Assembly: GCA_963845755.1 (NCBI GenBank)
Contig: CAWJTV010000011.1
Location: 832,001-896,000, forward strand
Origin: an uncultured Planctomycetota bacterium
GTDB lineage: Bacteria; Planctomycetota; Planctomycetia; Isosphaerales; Isosphaeraceae
Direction of reading: 5' to 3'
DNA: 64,000 nt
Shown here: positions 19,314-30,270 of the stretch, one piece after another
Numbering within the stretch: the first letter of the stretch is position 1
Layout of the letters: every line of letters starts with the position of its first letter
The notes under the pieces: generated by a model
Told to the model about the DNA's origin: nothing
What the model saw: only the letters and a program-made list of their open reading frames with translations
Database searches by the model: none
Program-made: the position numbers and the translations under genes

Positions 19314-22121
19314 ATGTATCTGCGTTTTTGGTGGAAGGACGCGCGGCAGTTCTGGCCGATCTGGGTCTTCCTGATCCTGGCTGCGGCCGGCACGCAGGGG
19401 CTCTTGCTGTCTTACGGGGATCCGAGTGTGCGGAACTTCGGCGTCCTGGGTTTCGTGGCCTTGTGCTGGGCGACCCTCTATGCGTGCGCGGTCGGTTCGG
19501 CCGCGTTCGCCGGGGAGCGCGAGACCGGCACGCTACGATTCCTCGACATCCTCCCAGCTTCGCGCGGGGTCGTCTGGACGAGCAAGGTGTCGTTCGCCGC
19601 CTTCACGACCCTGGGCCTGACGGCGACCCTGCTGGCGATCGCGGCGCTGGGTAGCGACGATTGGGACTTGCCAGGCCAAATCCACGCATACCCGGATGCG
19701 CTCCCGTTCGTCGGCGTTCTGGTGCAGGCGCTAGCTCTCGGGCTGTTTTGCTCATCGATCATGAAAAACGCCATCATAGCGGCGATCTCGACGGTGGGCC
19801 TCACGGCCGTCGGTTGGACAGTCCTGATGGCGTCTTTTAGCCAAAACGGTGGAGGATTCAGCCAGGCGACGGACGAGATCTTCGGCGGGCAGCTCAAGAT
19901 CGCATCGGCCGCGATCGTCGCCTCGCTCATCGCGTTCACCTGGGCGCGGCGCAACCGTCGGGCGCCGATCCGACTGCGGCTCCAATCGCCGATCGTGGTG
20001 ACGTCGAGCGGCGCCGGGCGCGGGTCTCCTGGCCCTGCCCTCCGGCCGACCGACGGTCTCCAGCAGCCGAGGAAGGGTCCGCCTGTGGAGACCCTGGGTC
20101 AACTCGTCGTCGCCGACACTCCGGGTGCCCGGAGACCCGCGCCGATCGCGGCCCTCACCTGGTCGGCCGACCAGCCACGGCCTCGATCATGGCTCACGGA
20201 AATGCGATACTTGATCTGGCAGACCATGCAAGAAGGGCGCGCGACCTGGTATCTCCTGCTGGTGATCGGGCTGATCATCCCGTTGAGCGTGGCGACCCTC
20301 GGGGACATGCGAAACCTGTCCTTCGCGATACCCTGGAACGCGCTGATCGCCCTGGTGGCAGGAGTCAGCGTCTTCGGGCTGGAGAACCGGGCGCGGACTT
20401 ATCGATTCCTCGTCCACCACGGGGCGCGACCGGGGTCCGTCTGGCTGGCGAAGCTGCTGACCTGGTGCTTCGGGCTGGCGATCATCTGGGTGCCGCTGGT
20501 GATGATGCACGCGGGCTCGCCCACGATATCCCCCGACTCACGAGAGGACTTGATCTGGCTCGCCTTGTGCCTTCCGACAGGCTTCGCCGTGGCGCAGTTC
20601 TGTGGGATGGCAATCTCGCGCGGGATCACAGCCTGGGCGATTGCCCTGGTGGTCTCGATCGGATTAGGACTCGCCCAGGTCGAGATGGTCCGAGGGATGA
20701 TGTTGCCGATCTGGGGCCTGGCGGCGATACCCCTGACGCTGCTGGCGGCCACCTGGGCCTGGCGCAGGGACTGGCTTCTGGACCGCCCGGCGCCGGGGCG
20801 CTATGTCCGGCTCGGATTGATACTGGCCACGACCGTGGGGGCGCTGCTGGGCGGATACTCCGGTGTGCGGGTCTGGAGCATTCCCGATGCCGGGCCGATC
20901 GCCGAACCGACTGTCTGGACCGCCTTAGACATTCTTCCGCCCAGCCGCAATGCGGCCGAGCTCTATCGCGAGGCGGCAGGCAAGCTGAGCAAGAGCCGGC
21001 TAGGGAATATCGTGGACTATGCCATGGAACGGGAGGCACTCGCCCTGACCCGCCAGGCGGCGGCCCGGCCGGACTGCCGGTTCGCACCAACCGAGCAGCT
21101 CACCTTGGTGAATGGACCGAACCTGCCGCCGATGAACGAGCTCGCCGGATTGATGATAATCGACGCGCGCAATCGCATCGACAAGAAAGACCTCTCCGGT
21201 GCCTGGGACGACATCGTGGTGCTGCTCCGCATGGCCCGGCACGTCAGCGAGGGAGCGACGATCACCCACGGCAAGAAGGCCCTCGCGATCGAGAAGGAGG
21301 CGCTGGACCTCGCGATCGACTGGGCCACGATGGAGGGTCAGACGCCCGATCGGCTCCACGCGGCGATCGCGGCTTACCGGGACTGGATCGGGCTGACCCC
21401 GGCGGTGGAGGTCGCCCGGGCCGAGGGGATCCTCCTCGAACGGACGATCGATCTTCCCATCGACGACCTCAAGGGATTGCTGCTGGAGACCATTGTCGGT
21501 GCCACGTCGTTGAGCCAGGGCAAGGTCCCGATCGGGGCAGCCCTGCGGGTCGGCCTGATCACTACGCCCTGGGAGCGCGCCCGTGCTCGGCGCGTCAACC
21601 GCCGATATGTCGCCGACCTCATCCAGATGGCGGCTCTCGAACCGTGGCAATCGCGGCCATCGCCCGGGCCTGGAGACCCGATCTTCTACGATCTGGAGAG
21701 CACCCCGCTGGCGAAATTGCTGGAAGCGAGCTTTGATTCCTATCTCCTTGCGGAGCACAACAACGAGGTTGCGCGACGGGCGATCGTGCAAGTGATGGCG
21801 ATCCGGGCCTGGCAGCTCAAACACGGTGGCCAATTCCCCGATCGCCTCGAAGCGATCGTCCCCGACGATCTGCCCAGCCTTCCCGTCGACCCGTACTCGG
21901 GCAAGCCATTCGGTTATCTCGCATATGCCCGGAATCCGTCTTTGGTCCAGCAGACGCTCTTGGCCGCGGGGAAGCTCGTCTCCGACCCGATTCCGCCAGA
22001 GACTCGGGTGCTCTTCAGCGCCGGGCTCAATCGAGCAGATGACGTCAATGTGGCCACCACCTCCAGCTACCGTACTGACGATATCCTCTTCCCGATCCCA
22101 CCAGTCGGTGCGCCTCGCTGA
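19314..22121 (+). CDS. ABC-2-type permease with two membrane modules and a large C-terminal soluble domain
   Basis: FWWKDARQ...FAGERETGTLRFLDILP and a second module IWQTMQE...FGLENRARTYRFL; C-terminal FPDRLEAIVPDDLPSLPVDPYSGKPFGY. Confidence 0.8.
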   Translation: MYLRFWWKDARQFWPIWVFLILAAAGTQGLLLSYGDPSVRNFGVLGFVALCWATLYACAVGSAAFAGERETGTLRFLDILPASRGVVWTSKVSFAAFTTLGLTATLLAIAALGSDDWDLPGQIHAYPDALPFVGVLVQALALGLFCSSIMKNAIIAAISTVGLTAVGWTVLMASFSQNGGGFSQATDEIFGGQLKIASAAIVASLIAFTWARRNRRAPIRLRLQSPIVVTSSGAGRGSPGPALRPTDGLQQPRKGPPVETLGQLVVADTPGARRPAPIAALTWSADQPRPRSWLTEMRYLIWQTMQEGRATWYLLLVIGLIIPLSVATLGDMRNLSFAIPWNALIALVAGVSVFGLENRARTYRFLVHHGARPGSVWLAKLLTWCFGLAIIWVPLVMMHAGSPTISPDSREDLIWLALCLPTGFAVAQFCGMAISRGITAWAIALVVSIGLGLAQVEMVRGMMLPIWGLAAIPLTLLAATWAWRRDWLLDRPAPGRYVRLGLILATTVGALLGGYSGVRVWSIPDAGPIAEPTVWTALDILPPSRNAAELYREAAGKLSKSRLGNIVDYAMEREALALTRQAAARPDCRFAPTEQLTLVNGPNLPPMNELAGLMIIDARNRIDKKDLSGAWDDIVVLLRMARHVSEGATITHGKKALAIEKEALDLAIDWATMEGQTPDRLHAAIAAYRDWIGLTPAVEVARAEGILLERTIDLPIDDLKGLLLETIVGATSLSQGKVPIGAALRVGLITTPWERARARRVNRRYVADLIQMAALEPWQSRPSPGPGDPIFYDLESTPLAKLLEASFDSYLLAEHNNEVARRAIVQVMAIRAWQLKHGGQFPDRLEAIVPDDLPSLPVDPYSGKPFGYLAYARNPSLVQQTLLAAGKLVSDPIPPETRVLFSAGLNRADDVNVATTSSYRTDDILFPIPPVGAPR

Positions 22122-22346
22122 ACGGCGCCGGCCGATTGCGGTCGCCGTGCCGCCGGACCCTTCTGAACCAGGGACTCGAAAAGGCTTCGCCGCGAGATTC
22201 CTTGGGGCGTCGTCCTCCGGACGCCGACCCCAGGATCGCCGATCGTCAGTCTGCACCGCACATTCCCGCCTTGGAGTTTCTGGAAGAATCCTTGGAAAAT
22301 CACCGACGTCGTGGCGTCATGGTAGATAGACAAGGAAACTCCAGCG

Positions 22347-22895
22347 GTGGGAGATGCCTGGGTGGGACGGATCGGTCCGGAGATCCTCGGTGGCCTGTTC
22401 GACGAGCACGCCGCGACGCTGGCGCTTTACGCCCGCCAGTGGTGCGACGCGCCGGGCGCTGAGGACATTGTCCAGGACGCGTTCGTCGCCCTGGCCCGTC
22501 AGAAGTCGGGTCCCGACCGACCCGTCGCCTGGCTTTACCGCGTGGTTCGCAACGGCGCGATCGGCGCGGCCCGGCAATCCCGTCGACGTCGTCGGCGCGA
22601 GCAGCGGGCGGCCGATCGCGAGGTCGTGCCGGCGTCCGACGGATCCTGGTTCGCCGCCACCGACGACCAGATCGACGCCGAGCACGCCGCCCGGCTCCTC
22701 GCCGACCTGGACCTGGAAACCCGCGAGATCATCGTCGCGCGGCTCTGGGGCGGGTTGACGTTCGAGGAGATCGCAAAGCTTCAAGGCTGCTCGCTGACCA
22801 CCGCCCACCGCCGCTACCAGGCTGGGCTCGCCCGGCTGCACGAGAGGCTCGAAACCCCATGGACCACGATCACCACGAAGACCGACAAGACCTGA
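22347..22895 (+). CDS. ECF RNA polymerase sigma factor
   Basis: AEDIVQDAFVAL, AWLYRVVRN (region 2); REIIVARLWGGLTFEEIA (region 4). Confidence 0.9.
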   Translation: MGDAWVGRIGPEILGGLFDEHAATLALYARQWCDAPGAEDIVQDAFVALARQKSGPDRPVAWLYRVVRNGAIGAARQSRRRRRREQRAADREVVPASDGSWFAATDDQIDAEHAARLLADLDLETREIIVARLWGGLTFEEIAKLQGCSLTTAHRRYQAGLARLHERLETPWTTITTKTDKT

Positions 22896-23362
22896 GATCG
22901 CTGGAACATCGCCTGGCCGCCTGGCGGCCGTCCGCCGGCGCGCTCGATCGCGACCGGATGCTCTACGACGCCGGCCGGGCCGCGGCGCAAAGCGAAGGCC
23001 GTGGCCGTGCCTGGCGTCTGGCCACGGCCACACTCGCCGTCATGACGCTGGGATTGGGCGCGCTGTTGGCGCAGGAGCGATCGCAGCGAATGGCTCTCGA
23101 GATCGCGCTGGCCGCACCTATGGTGCCATCGCAACCGTCGCCCACGCCGCCGGTCGCAGTCGAGCTCCCGCCGATCGAGCGTCCGGCGCCGAGCAGCTAT
23201 TTCGCATTGACCGCGCGGCTCGCGGCGAACCCGGGCGACTCCCCGTGGCCCGACGCCGAGATCGAACGCCAACCGCACCGGCCGGACTCCACGCCGCCGG
23301 AAGTGCCTTCGCGACCGGTTCCACTCCGGCCGCGAGACATCGAGCGGGTGCTGGATCTCTGA
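22859..23362 (+). CDS. Single-TM protein, putative anti-sigma factor
   Basis: Overlaps the ECF 3' end; LDRDRMLYDAGRAA followed by one TM helix. Confidence 0.6.
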   Translation: MDHDHHEDRQDLRSLEHRLAAWRPSAGALDRDRMLYDAGRAAAQSEGRGRAWRLATATLAVMTLGLGALLAQERSQRMALEIALAAPMVPSQPSPTPPVAVELPPIERPAPSSYFALTARLAANPGDSPWPDAEIERQPHRPDSTPPEVPSRPVPLRPRDIERVLDL

Positions 23363-23414
23363 TCTCGAGATCTTACGAAATACACGAAAACGAGAAACCG
23401 AGCCGGAGGAACCT

Positions 23415-24894
23415 GTGATGATCCGAGTGCGTCGCGCTCGATTCGAATGGATGGTGCTGCTCCTCGCCGCGGGGACGGTCGTTGTCCCGAAACTCGCGTT
23501 GGCCCAAGCCGCGGCCAAGGCGCCCCAGCCGCTCAATCCCACGCCGCTGGTGCTCAGCCCCGCGGCGGAGCCGGTCCCGGCGCTGAAGTACCGGCTACTT
23601 CCGAGCTTTGCCGATTTGAACCCGGGCGATGCGGCGCCGATCTATCTGCGCATCCGGCATGCCACTCCGGATGGGCTCTGGAATCAATCCATGGAAAAAT
23701 GGAAGATGTGGAGGAATGTGCCGCTCGATCAATTCCCGACCGCCGAGGCTCGCAAGTTCGTCGATGAGTGGAGCGGGCAATTCCAGCAGATCGAATTCGG
23801 GCGCACCGCCAGACGTGCGACTGGAATTATGCCGTGCCCGAGCAGCGGCTCAATATCATCAATGTCGGTCTGTCCGACCTTCAGTCGATGCGGCACTTGG
23901 GCCTGATCATGACCATCAAAGCACGCGTCGAGATCGCCGAAGGGAAGCTCGCGGACGCGATCCAGACCGTCGAGACCAACCTGGCCTTCGCACGCCATAT
24001 CGCCGAGGGGCCATTCTTGATCAATGGCCTGGTCGGCGTCGCAATCATCGCCGTCACGCTCGACGCCGTCGACGAGCTGATCGCCCGGCCCGACGCGCCC
24101 AACCTCTACTGGGCCCTGACCGCGCTGCCGCGGCCATTGATCGACATGCGTCACGAGCTGGAAATCGAGCGAAAGCTCTGCGAGAACCTGATCCCCGAAT
24201 TGAGGGAATCCGAGCTGGCTCGACCGCGGACTCCCGCGGAATGGGCAGTACTCCTGACGCGGATGCACGAGGGAATGGTGAAGTGGGCCCGCCTGAACGT
24301 GCAACAGGGAAACCAAGGTCCCGGCGTGCTGCCGGAACTCCCCAAGGAAGAGCTCTCCCCCTTCAAGTCCCAGGTCCTCCCCGGGGCAAGGGAGCATCTG
24401 AAACGATCGCGCAACTGGGCGACGACCAGCTCAAGGCCATGTCCGAAGATCAGATCGTCGCGCTCTACATCGCCGAGGGCTACCGCGAGATCTGGGACGA
24501 CTGGTTCAAGGCCACCTACCTGTCGGCAGATGAGGCGATCGCGCAACAGGCCAACGCCCAGAAGGCACTCGTGGCTGCAAAGAAGAGCCCTTTCGTCCTG
24601 TTCGCCCAGTATGTGCCAGGTGTCTACGGCGTGATCAAGAACGAGCTGCGGATCGAACGCCACGTCGCCATCCTGCGCGTGATCGAAGCGATTCGCCTCA
24701 ACGCGGCGGCCCACAACGGCGCACTGCCCGAATCCTTGAAAGGAATCACCGAGGTCCCCGTCCCCCACGATCCCGCGACGGGCGAGCCGTTCATCTACCG
24801 CGCGGCCGATTCCGTCGCGATCCTCCACAGCATTCGCGCCGAACCCGCCCTCTGGTCCTCGTCGTACCGGATCACGATTCGCCCTGGTTCCTAG
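23415..24894 (+). CDS. Secreted helical hypothetical protein (frameshifted)
   Basis: Signal peptide, PALKYRLLP...NPGDAAPIY; continues through ORF 23768 and the end of ORF 23629; C-terminal LPESL..VPVPHDPATGEPFIY. Confidence 0.7.
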
Positions 24895-24909
24895 CCATTG
24901 GACCCATGA

Positions 24910-25992
24910 CTAGGGACCAACGTGTCCCGGACATCCGACGGGCTCGAGGCTGACGTCATCGATCCACATCTCGCCGACGTCGGCATCCGGGTCGATGCAG
25001 AAGTCGATCGCCACGGTGGTGGCCTCGGCATCGGTGGAGAAGACGTGCTCGACCTTGGTCCACCTGCCGACGGTCTTGAGGCAGCGTTGGGAGGCGGCCC
25101 GTTCGAGCTGCCTCCAGGAGGTCGGCGTATCCTTGTACTGGGCGATCCGGAGGCGGCATTCGCCCTCGGTCCCGGCGGCGATCAGGTACGAGAACCGCAG
25201 GCGCATCTTCGTGCCGTAGCGGACGGGCCGCTCGGGGAATCGGTAGTAATGATGACCGGGCACGTGGGCTTCCAGGTGCAGGCTATCGGGCCCGGAGACG
25301 GCATGACGCGTGTCGCGGCGATCTTCCGGAGGCTCGGGCCAGGTGAATTTCGGATGCGCCAGGTACTGCTCATGGTCCAGCGGCACGCGATCGCGGATCG
25401 TCGCCCGGCCCAACGTCAGCTCGATGGCGCGGATCCCCAGGAGCGGGTCGTAGTCACCGTAAAGCACGTGCTGATGCTCGAGCCGGAGGCGCACATGCAC
25501 GATGCCCTCCGGAGCCACGCTCCACAGCAAGGCTGAATCAAGACGATTCTTCTCTGACTCCTCCTTCAGCCTTCCTCCTTCAGCCTTTCCTGAAGCGCCG
25601 GAAGTCCAGACCGAGACGATCAGTTTCTCCCGGCATTTGTGGGCCTCATCGGGTGCCGCGATGACCTCACCGACGGTCGAGAACTCCGGACCGTGTGTGA
25701 GCCCCAGCGACGACCAGTGTGGGATGGCATGGCTCGCCACCCGCGAATTCGACACCCAACTGTCCACCTTGACCCCGATCTCCTCGGGAGTAAGGACCAC
25801 ACCGGTCGGGCCCGTGAGCCGGAGCCGGTAGTCGACGACCCAGGCCCCCTGGTCCTGCGCCACCGTGCGGCCGATCGGCACCAGGGTCCAGTCCGGCGGC
25901 CTCGGGCCCGCTCCGGCGGCGAGGATCATCGCCCCGGCGACTATCGTGAGCCCAACCTTCCGGTTCCGCCGTTGAAGCAAAGATTTCGCCAT
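24910..25992 (-). CDS. Secreted hypothetical protein with a carbohydrate-binding-module-like C-terminus
   Basis: Intact ORF, N-terminal hydrophobic segment, C-terminal WTKVEHVF...GEMWIDDVSLEP. Confidence 0.65.
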   Translation of the reverse strand: MAKSLLQRRNRKVGLTIVAGAMILAAGAGPRPPDWTLVPIGRTVAQDQGAWVVDYRLRLTGPTGVVLTPEEIGVKVDSWVSNSRVASHAIPHWSSLGLTHGPEFSTVGEVIAAPDEAHKCREKLIVSVWTSGASGKAEGGRLKEESEKNRLDSALLWSVAPEGIVHVRLRLEHQHVLYGDYDPLLGIRAIELTLGRATIRDRVPLDHEQYLAHPKFTWPEPPEDRRDTRHAVSGPDSLHLEAHVPGHHYYRFPERPVRYGTKMRLRFSYLIAAGTEGECRLRIAQYKDTPTSWRQLERAASQRCLKTVGRWTKVEHVFSTDAEATTVAIDFCIDPDADVGEMWIDDVSLEPVGCPGHVGP

Positions 25993-26444
25993 GTCATGAC
26001 ATCCTTGTTCGTGCACATCCGACGCCATCCTGGCGCGGACACCTACACGTTGGTGTTGATAATGATCCAACCCTCGAAGTCCCGCATCGCGGCAGGAGTG
26101 ATCTCCCCGTTCGGACTGGACCGATCCGACTCTCGAAATCGCCCGATCTCCTCTCCAGGAGGGACCCTGGGAAGTCTTCAAAGAGGAGGGCCCCCTAGTC
26201 TTGAGGGACCCTGGACTACTGCATTCCTGCCATTCCTGTGCCGTCGGTGGGAGTTAATCGACCACCGGCGACATCGCCGATCCTCCCAACAAGAAGTATG
26301 GAACACTCAACAACTTCGTGTCGAGAAAAATCAAAATTCTTCCCAAAGGCTGGGCATCATGGGGCGAGGGAGAGGAGGGGCTGTCCGGGCCGATTCGACG
26401 GCCGGGTAGGGTTGGGAAATCGGATTGGCCGGCCCGGAGGCCCG

Positions 26445-26976
26445 TCAATCGTCGTCGTTTTCCTCGTCGAGATCGGTACTCGCGTCACCCTCGCCCTCGC
26501 CCTCGCCCTCGATCGAGTCGAGCTGGGCCGGCAGGGAGGAGCAGCGGTCGAGGAAGCGCGGGAGGAACCGGTCGAACGAACACGGACACGGCGATCTGAG
26601 TCGTGGCGTTGTCCATGCCCCAGATACTGGCGTGGGGTTCAGCCAGGTCGGGATCCGTCTGGACAAAGTCGCGCTCGTTGAATGCGAGCGAGACGGGGAC
26701 TTCCTCGAGCCATCGTTCCGCCAGGGCGTTGACGCCCGGGCCGCCCAGGGAGATCGTCGGCAAGGCTTGGAGCGGGTCGTCGTGGATCCAACGGAAATCG
26801 GCCACGACGCGGACGACATAACCGTCCAGGCCGTCGCGCCCGTCGGCGACGGCCGCGCTCAGGGACCGCTCGATCTGCTGCTTGAGATAATACGCCAGGG
26901 GCCGATCCATTTCCTCGGCGCAGAGCGTACTACCGGTGACGATCAACAGCGTTCGTCGCGGAGGTCCCTTTGCCAT
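26445..26976 (-). CDS. Hypothetical protein with acidic tail (one frameshift)
   Basis: TLLIVTGSTLCAEEMDRPLAYYL...PTISLGGPGVNAL; ends in the frame of ORF 26445. Confidence 0.65.
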
Positions 26977-27208
26977 CTGCGGGTCCCTTCCTGTTTGTCC
27001 TCGGTCCTTGGTCCTCCTTGTGTGATGCCGAACTTCCTCATCCGGCCAAGCCGCAATCCCAGACTCGCTCATGGGGCAAAGATTCTCTGGAGGAGGATTC
27101 CAACCACGACGATTTTACCAGGTGTCTCCTGGCGTTTCCTCCCTTGTTCGGAAGGATGAAGGCTGAGTGAGAATTGGAACGGTCTGGATTCATCATTCAG
27201 CCTTCCCA

Positions 27209-28154
27209 TCAAGGGGGAGAAGGGTTCTGCGTGGCCCGCCAGAGAGCGATCCGCCGGAGTGCGGCCTGTGCCGCGTGGAACGCATCCTGGCCTTCGGCCT
27301 CGAATCGTTGGGCAACCGCCTGACGGCCCGCCACCAGGGGGATCAGGCAGGAGAAGACGACGGGACCCCCGGGCTGACCCTCGATGGTGAATCGGCTCAC
27401 GCCCAGGGCCTGCATCTTCCGGCTCAGGGCCGCCCAATCTTCTCCAGAGGAGACCGCGGGTCCAGGCTCAGTTCGCGGCGGCGGCCCGAGAGGAGATGCG
27501 CCGGCAGGCGCCGGGGGCGAATCCGGCGGCGACGGAGCACTCCCCGGCATCAAGGAAGCCAGCGAGTCCAAGAGGGCCGGCGCGATCTCCCGATCCCGAG
27601 GGGGCAGGCCGCTAGAGGGGGATGTAACCGCCGGATTCACGCTCGGATCCAGGAGTGCCGGCGGCTCGTTCTCGGGCGAGGTCGGCCCGAGTCTCGGCTC
27701 CGTGCGTGCGGTCCGCTTCGAGGGGTCCGAGGCGGACTGCGACGTCGCCAGCGGTGCCGACAGGGGCGGTGCTGGAGGCGGGGAAGAGGAAGGCAACGCC
27801 GTCGGCCGCTCGCCAGGCCCTGGTCGATTCGACTGGCTATCGGGCGTATCTGCTTTTCCAGATTCCGTTTCCGTGACGAGGGACGGGATCGGTGCGAGTG
27901 GTCCGGCGACCAACTCGGCCCCAGCCTTCGCCGCCTTGGGCCCCTCTCCGGCCCCGCCGGGGTTGACGGCCCCCTTGAGGTCGAACCGAGGCAATCTCGC
28001 CCTCTTCGTTCAAGCCCAGAGAGCCGAGGAATTGCGTCTGAGCCCATCGCAGGCCCGGCCCGTTGACGAAGGCGCCCCCAAGGAAAGCGGCGGCTACCAG
28101 AACGATGACGAGAACGACTTGACGCACGCTCGCGGCCTCCCTGCCTGGGCCCAT
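27209..28154 (-). CDS. Membrane-anchored Pro-rich hypothetical protein (frameshifted)
   Basis: N-terminal TM helix (ORF 27837), Pro-rich linker, globular end KMQALGVSRF...ALRRIALWRA. Confidence 0.6.
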
Positions 28155-28325
28155 GCCATCATCAACATCGACTTGTCAAAATCGGATCGACCGCAATAAT
28201 CCAACAGGGTCCCAAAGGATTGCTCCCTGCGGCGAATACCCTTAGGGACCGCTTCTCCCGGCCACCGCGCTGGGGACGGATGCAAACGATTGAAACGATG
28301 GAATCGAATTTACCTTGAACCTGGA

Positions 28326-28709
28326 ATGAAGCAAGCCCAGTCCGGTACAACCCGTGTGGGGTGGGGCGGCGCCGTCCCCGGCCACTGGTGGAATCACGGT
28401 CGCGTCGCGACACGCATCCACAAGCCGGTGAACCCGCGGTTCGATCCCGATTTCCACGCAATGAGGCGAGGGCCCTCGTGGACCTTGGGGGGAGCGATCC
28501 TCGGCCTGGTCCGTGTGATCGGGTTCCTCATCGCCTTGCCGTTCCGGCTGCTCTTCCTGGTGATCGCCTTGCTGGGGCGGATCACCGGGCTGGTCGTGGG
28601 CTTCCTCCTGATGGTCGTGGGGACGGCGCTTCTGCCGGGTCCCCTGTTCCTCATCGGAATCCCCCTGCTCGTGATCGGGCTGGTGTTGACGTTGCGGTGT
28701 CTGGAATAA
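28326..28709 (+). CDS. Small membrane protein; start uncertain
   Basis: Very hydrophobic C-terminal 70 aa. Confidence 0.6.
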   Translation: MKQAQSGTTRVGWGGAVPGHWWNHGRVATRIHKPVNPRFDPDFHAMRRGPSWTLGGAILGLVRVIGFLIALPFRLLFLVIALLGRITGLVVGFLLMVVGTALLPGPLFLIGIPLLVIGLVLTLRCLE

Positions 28710-28715
28710 GGCACA

Positions 28716-28792
28716 GTGTTCCGTGGTCCGTATTCCGTGGTCAGTATGTAAACTATTTGAAGGCTGACCACGGAATACGGACCGCGGAACAC
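28716..28792. repeat. 29-bp inverted repeat built from heptamer units, directly before the desulfurase ATG
   Basis: GTGTTCCGTGGTCCGTATTCCGTGGTCAG / CTGACCACGGAATACGGACCGCGGAACAC (one G-U pair). Confidence 0.9.
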
Positions 28793-28793
28793 C

Positions 28794-29949
28794 ATGAATT
28801 CCATCTACCTCGACCACAACGCGACGACGCCGATGGACCCCACGGTCCTGGAGGCGATGCGGCCGTATTTCCTGGCCGGGGGCAACGCCGAGAGCCGGCA
28901 CGCGCCGGGCCGGTCGGCCCGCCGGGCCTGGGATCACGCCCGGGAGACGGTGGCGCAGGATCCTGGGTGCCGAGCCGTCCGAGGTGATCTTCACCTCCGG
29001 GGGTACGGAGTCGAATAACCTGGCGATCTTCGGCCTGGCGGGCGCGGAGAATTCGCCGGGACACGTCGCCAGCGGCCCGATCGAGCACCCGGCCATCATC
29101 GAGCCGGTGGCCCGGCTGGAGGCGGCGGGCTTCGCGGTCGACCGCGTGCCGGTGGACGCCCAGGGCCTCGCCGACCCGGCGTGCATGGCTGGGACGTTTC
29201 GCGACGACACGCGGTTTGCCACGTTGATGCTGGCGAACAACGAGACCGGCGCGATCCAGCCGGTCGGCGAATTGGCCGGTCGGGCCGCGGCGCGGGGGAT
29301 CCCGGTGCACACCGACGCCGTCCAGGCCGTGGGCCGCATCCCGGTCGATTTCCACGCGCTGGGCGTGGCGACGCTCGCGGCCAGTGCGCACAAGTTCCAC
29401 GGGCCGGTGGGATCGGGATTGCTCCTGGTCCGGAACGGAGTCCGGCTGGGCTCCCGGCTCTTTGGCGGCGGCCAGCAGCAGGGTCGGCGGCCGGGGACCG
29501 CGGCCGTCCCCCTCGCGGTCGGGCTGGCCGCGGCCCTCCAGCGATGGCACGACGAATCCTCGACCCGCGCCGCGCACTGGGTTGTCCTCCGCGACCGTCT
29601 CGAAGCCGGACTCATCGCCGCGCTGGGCTCCGATCGCGCGATCCGCAACGGGCCGATCGACAACGACCGGCGCCTGCCCCAGACCCTCAACATCGGCTTC
29701 CCGGGCCTCGATGGCGACGCCCTCCTCATGCAGCTCGACCTGGCCGGCCTCGCGGCCTCGCTCGGCTCGGCCTGTGCCAGCGGCTCGACACGACCCTCGC
29801 CGACCCTCATGGCCATGCGCGTCCCCGACGACCGCCTGCGCTCCTCCGTCCGCTTCAGCCTCGGCGCCACGACGACCGCGGCCGAGATCGATGAGGCCCT
29901 GCGGCGCATCGTCGAGGTCGTTGGGCGAATCGCGGCGGCTGGAGACTGA
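28794..29949 (+). CDS. Cysteine desulfurase, IscS/NifS group I (one frameshift near 28960)
   Basis: IYLDHNATTP, IFTSGGTESNNLAI, HTDAVQAVG, SAHKFHGP (PLP lysine), GSACASGS. Confidence 0.92.
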
Positions 29950-30270
29950 ACGATGAGTTGTCGGGTAATGCAAGTGCTTGCCTGATTGGAACATACGATG
30001 TTCCGAGGATCGTTTCGCAAGTGGTCTTCGATTTTCCGGTGAATCCGTCAAGGTTCGCATCATCTCTGCGTCGCCTGAGCAAGGCGTCGTCCGAACCTCA
30101 TCGCCCACAACGGAAACCGCGCTATGGAGAACTCTTACGACTAATGTGTAACCAGACATCGAGGTTTCGGACACTTATCTAGAGGGAGCTATGGCCTCTG
30201 AAGAACTTAGGCTATCCGGACCTCTCTCCTTCCGCCCCAGGGCGGCTCGCTTATACAGGAGGCTAATGTC

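Noticed and set aside
28794..29949. Cysteine desulfurase as a selenium-delivery partner of the UGA protein
   Set aside because: 19 kb away, ordinary IscS/NifS-type, with no sel genes in the window.
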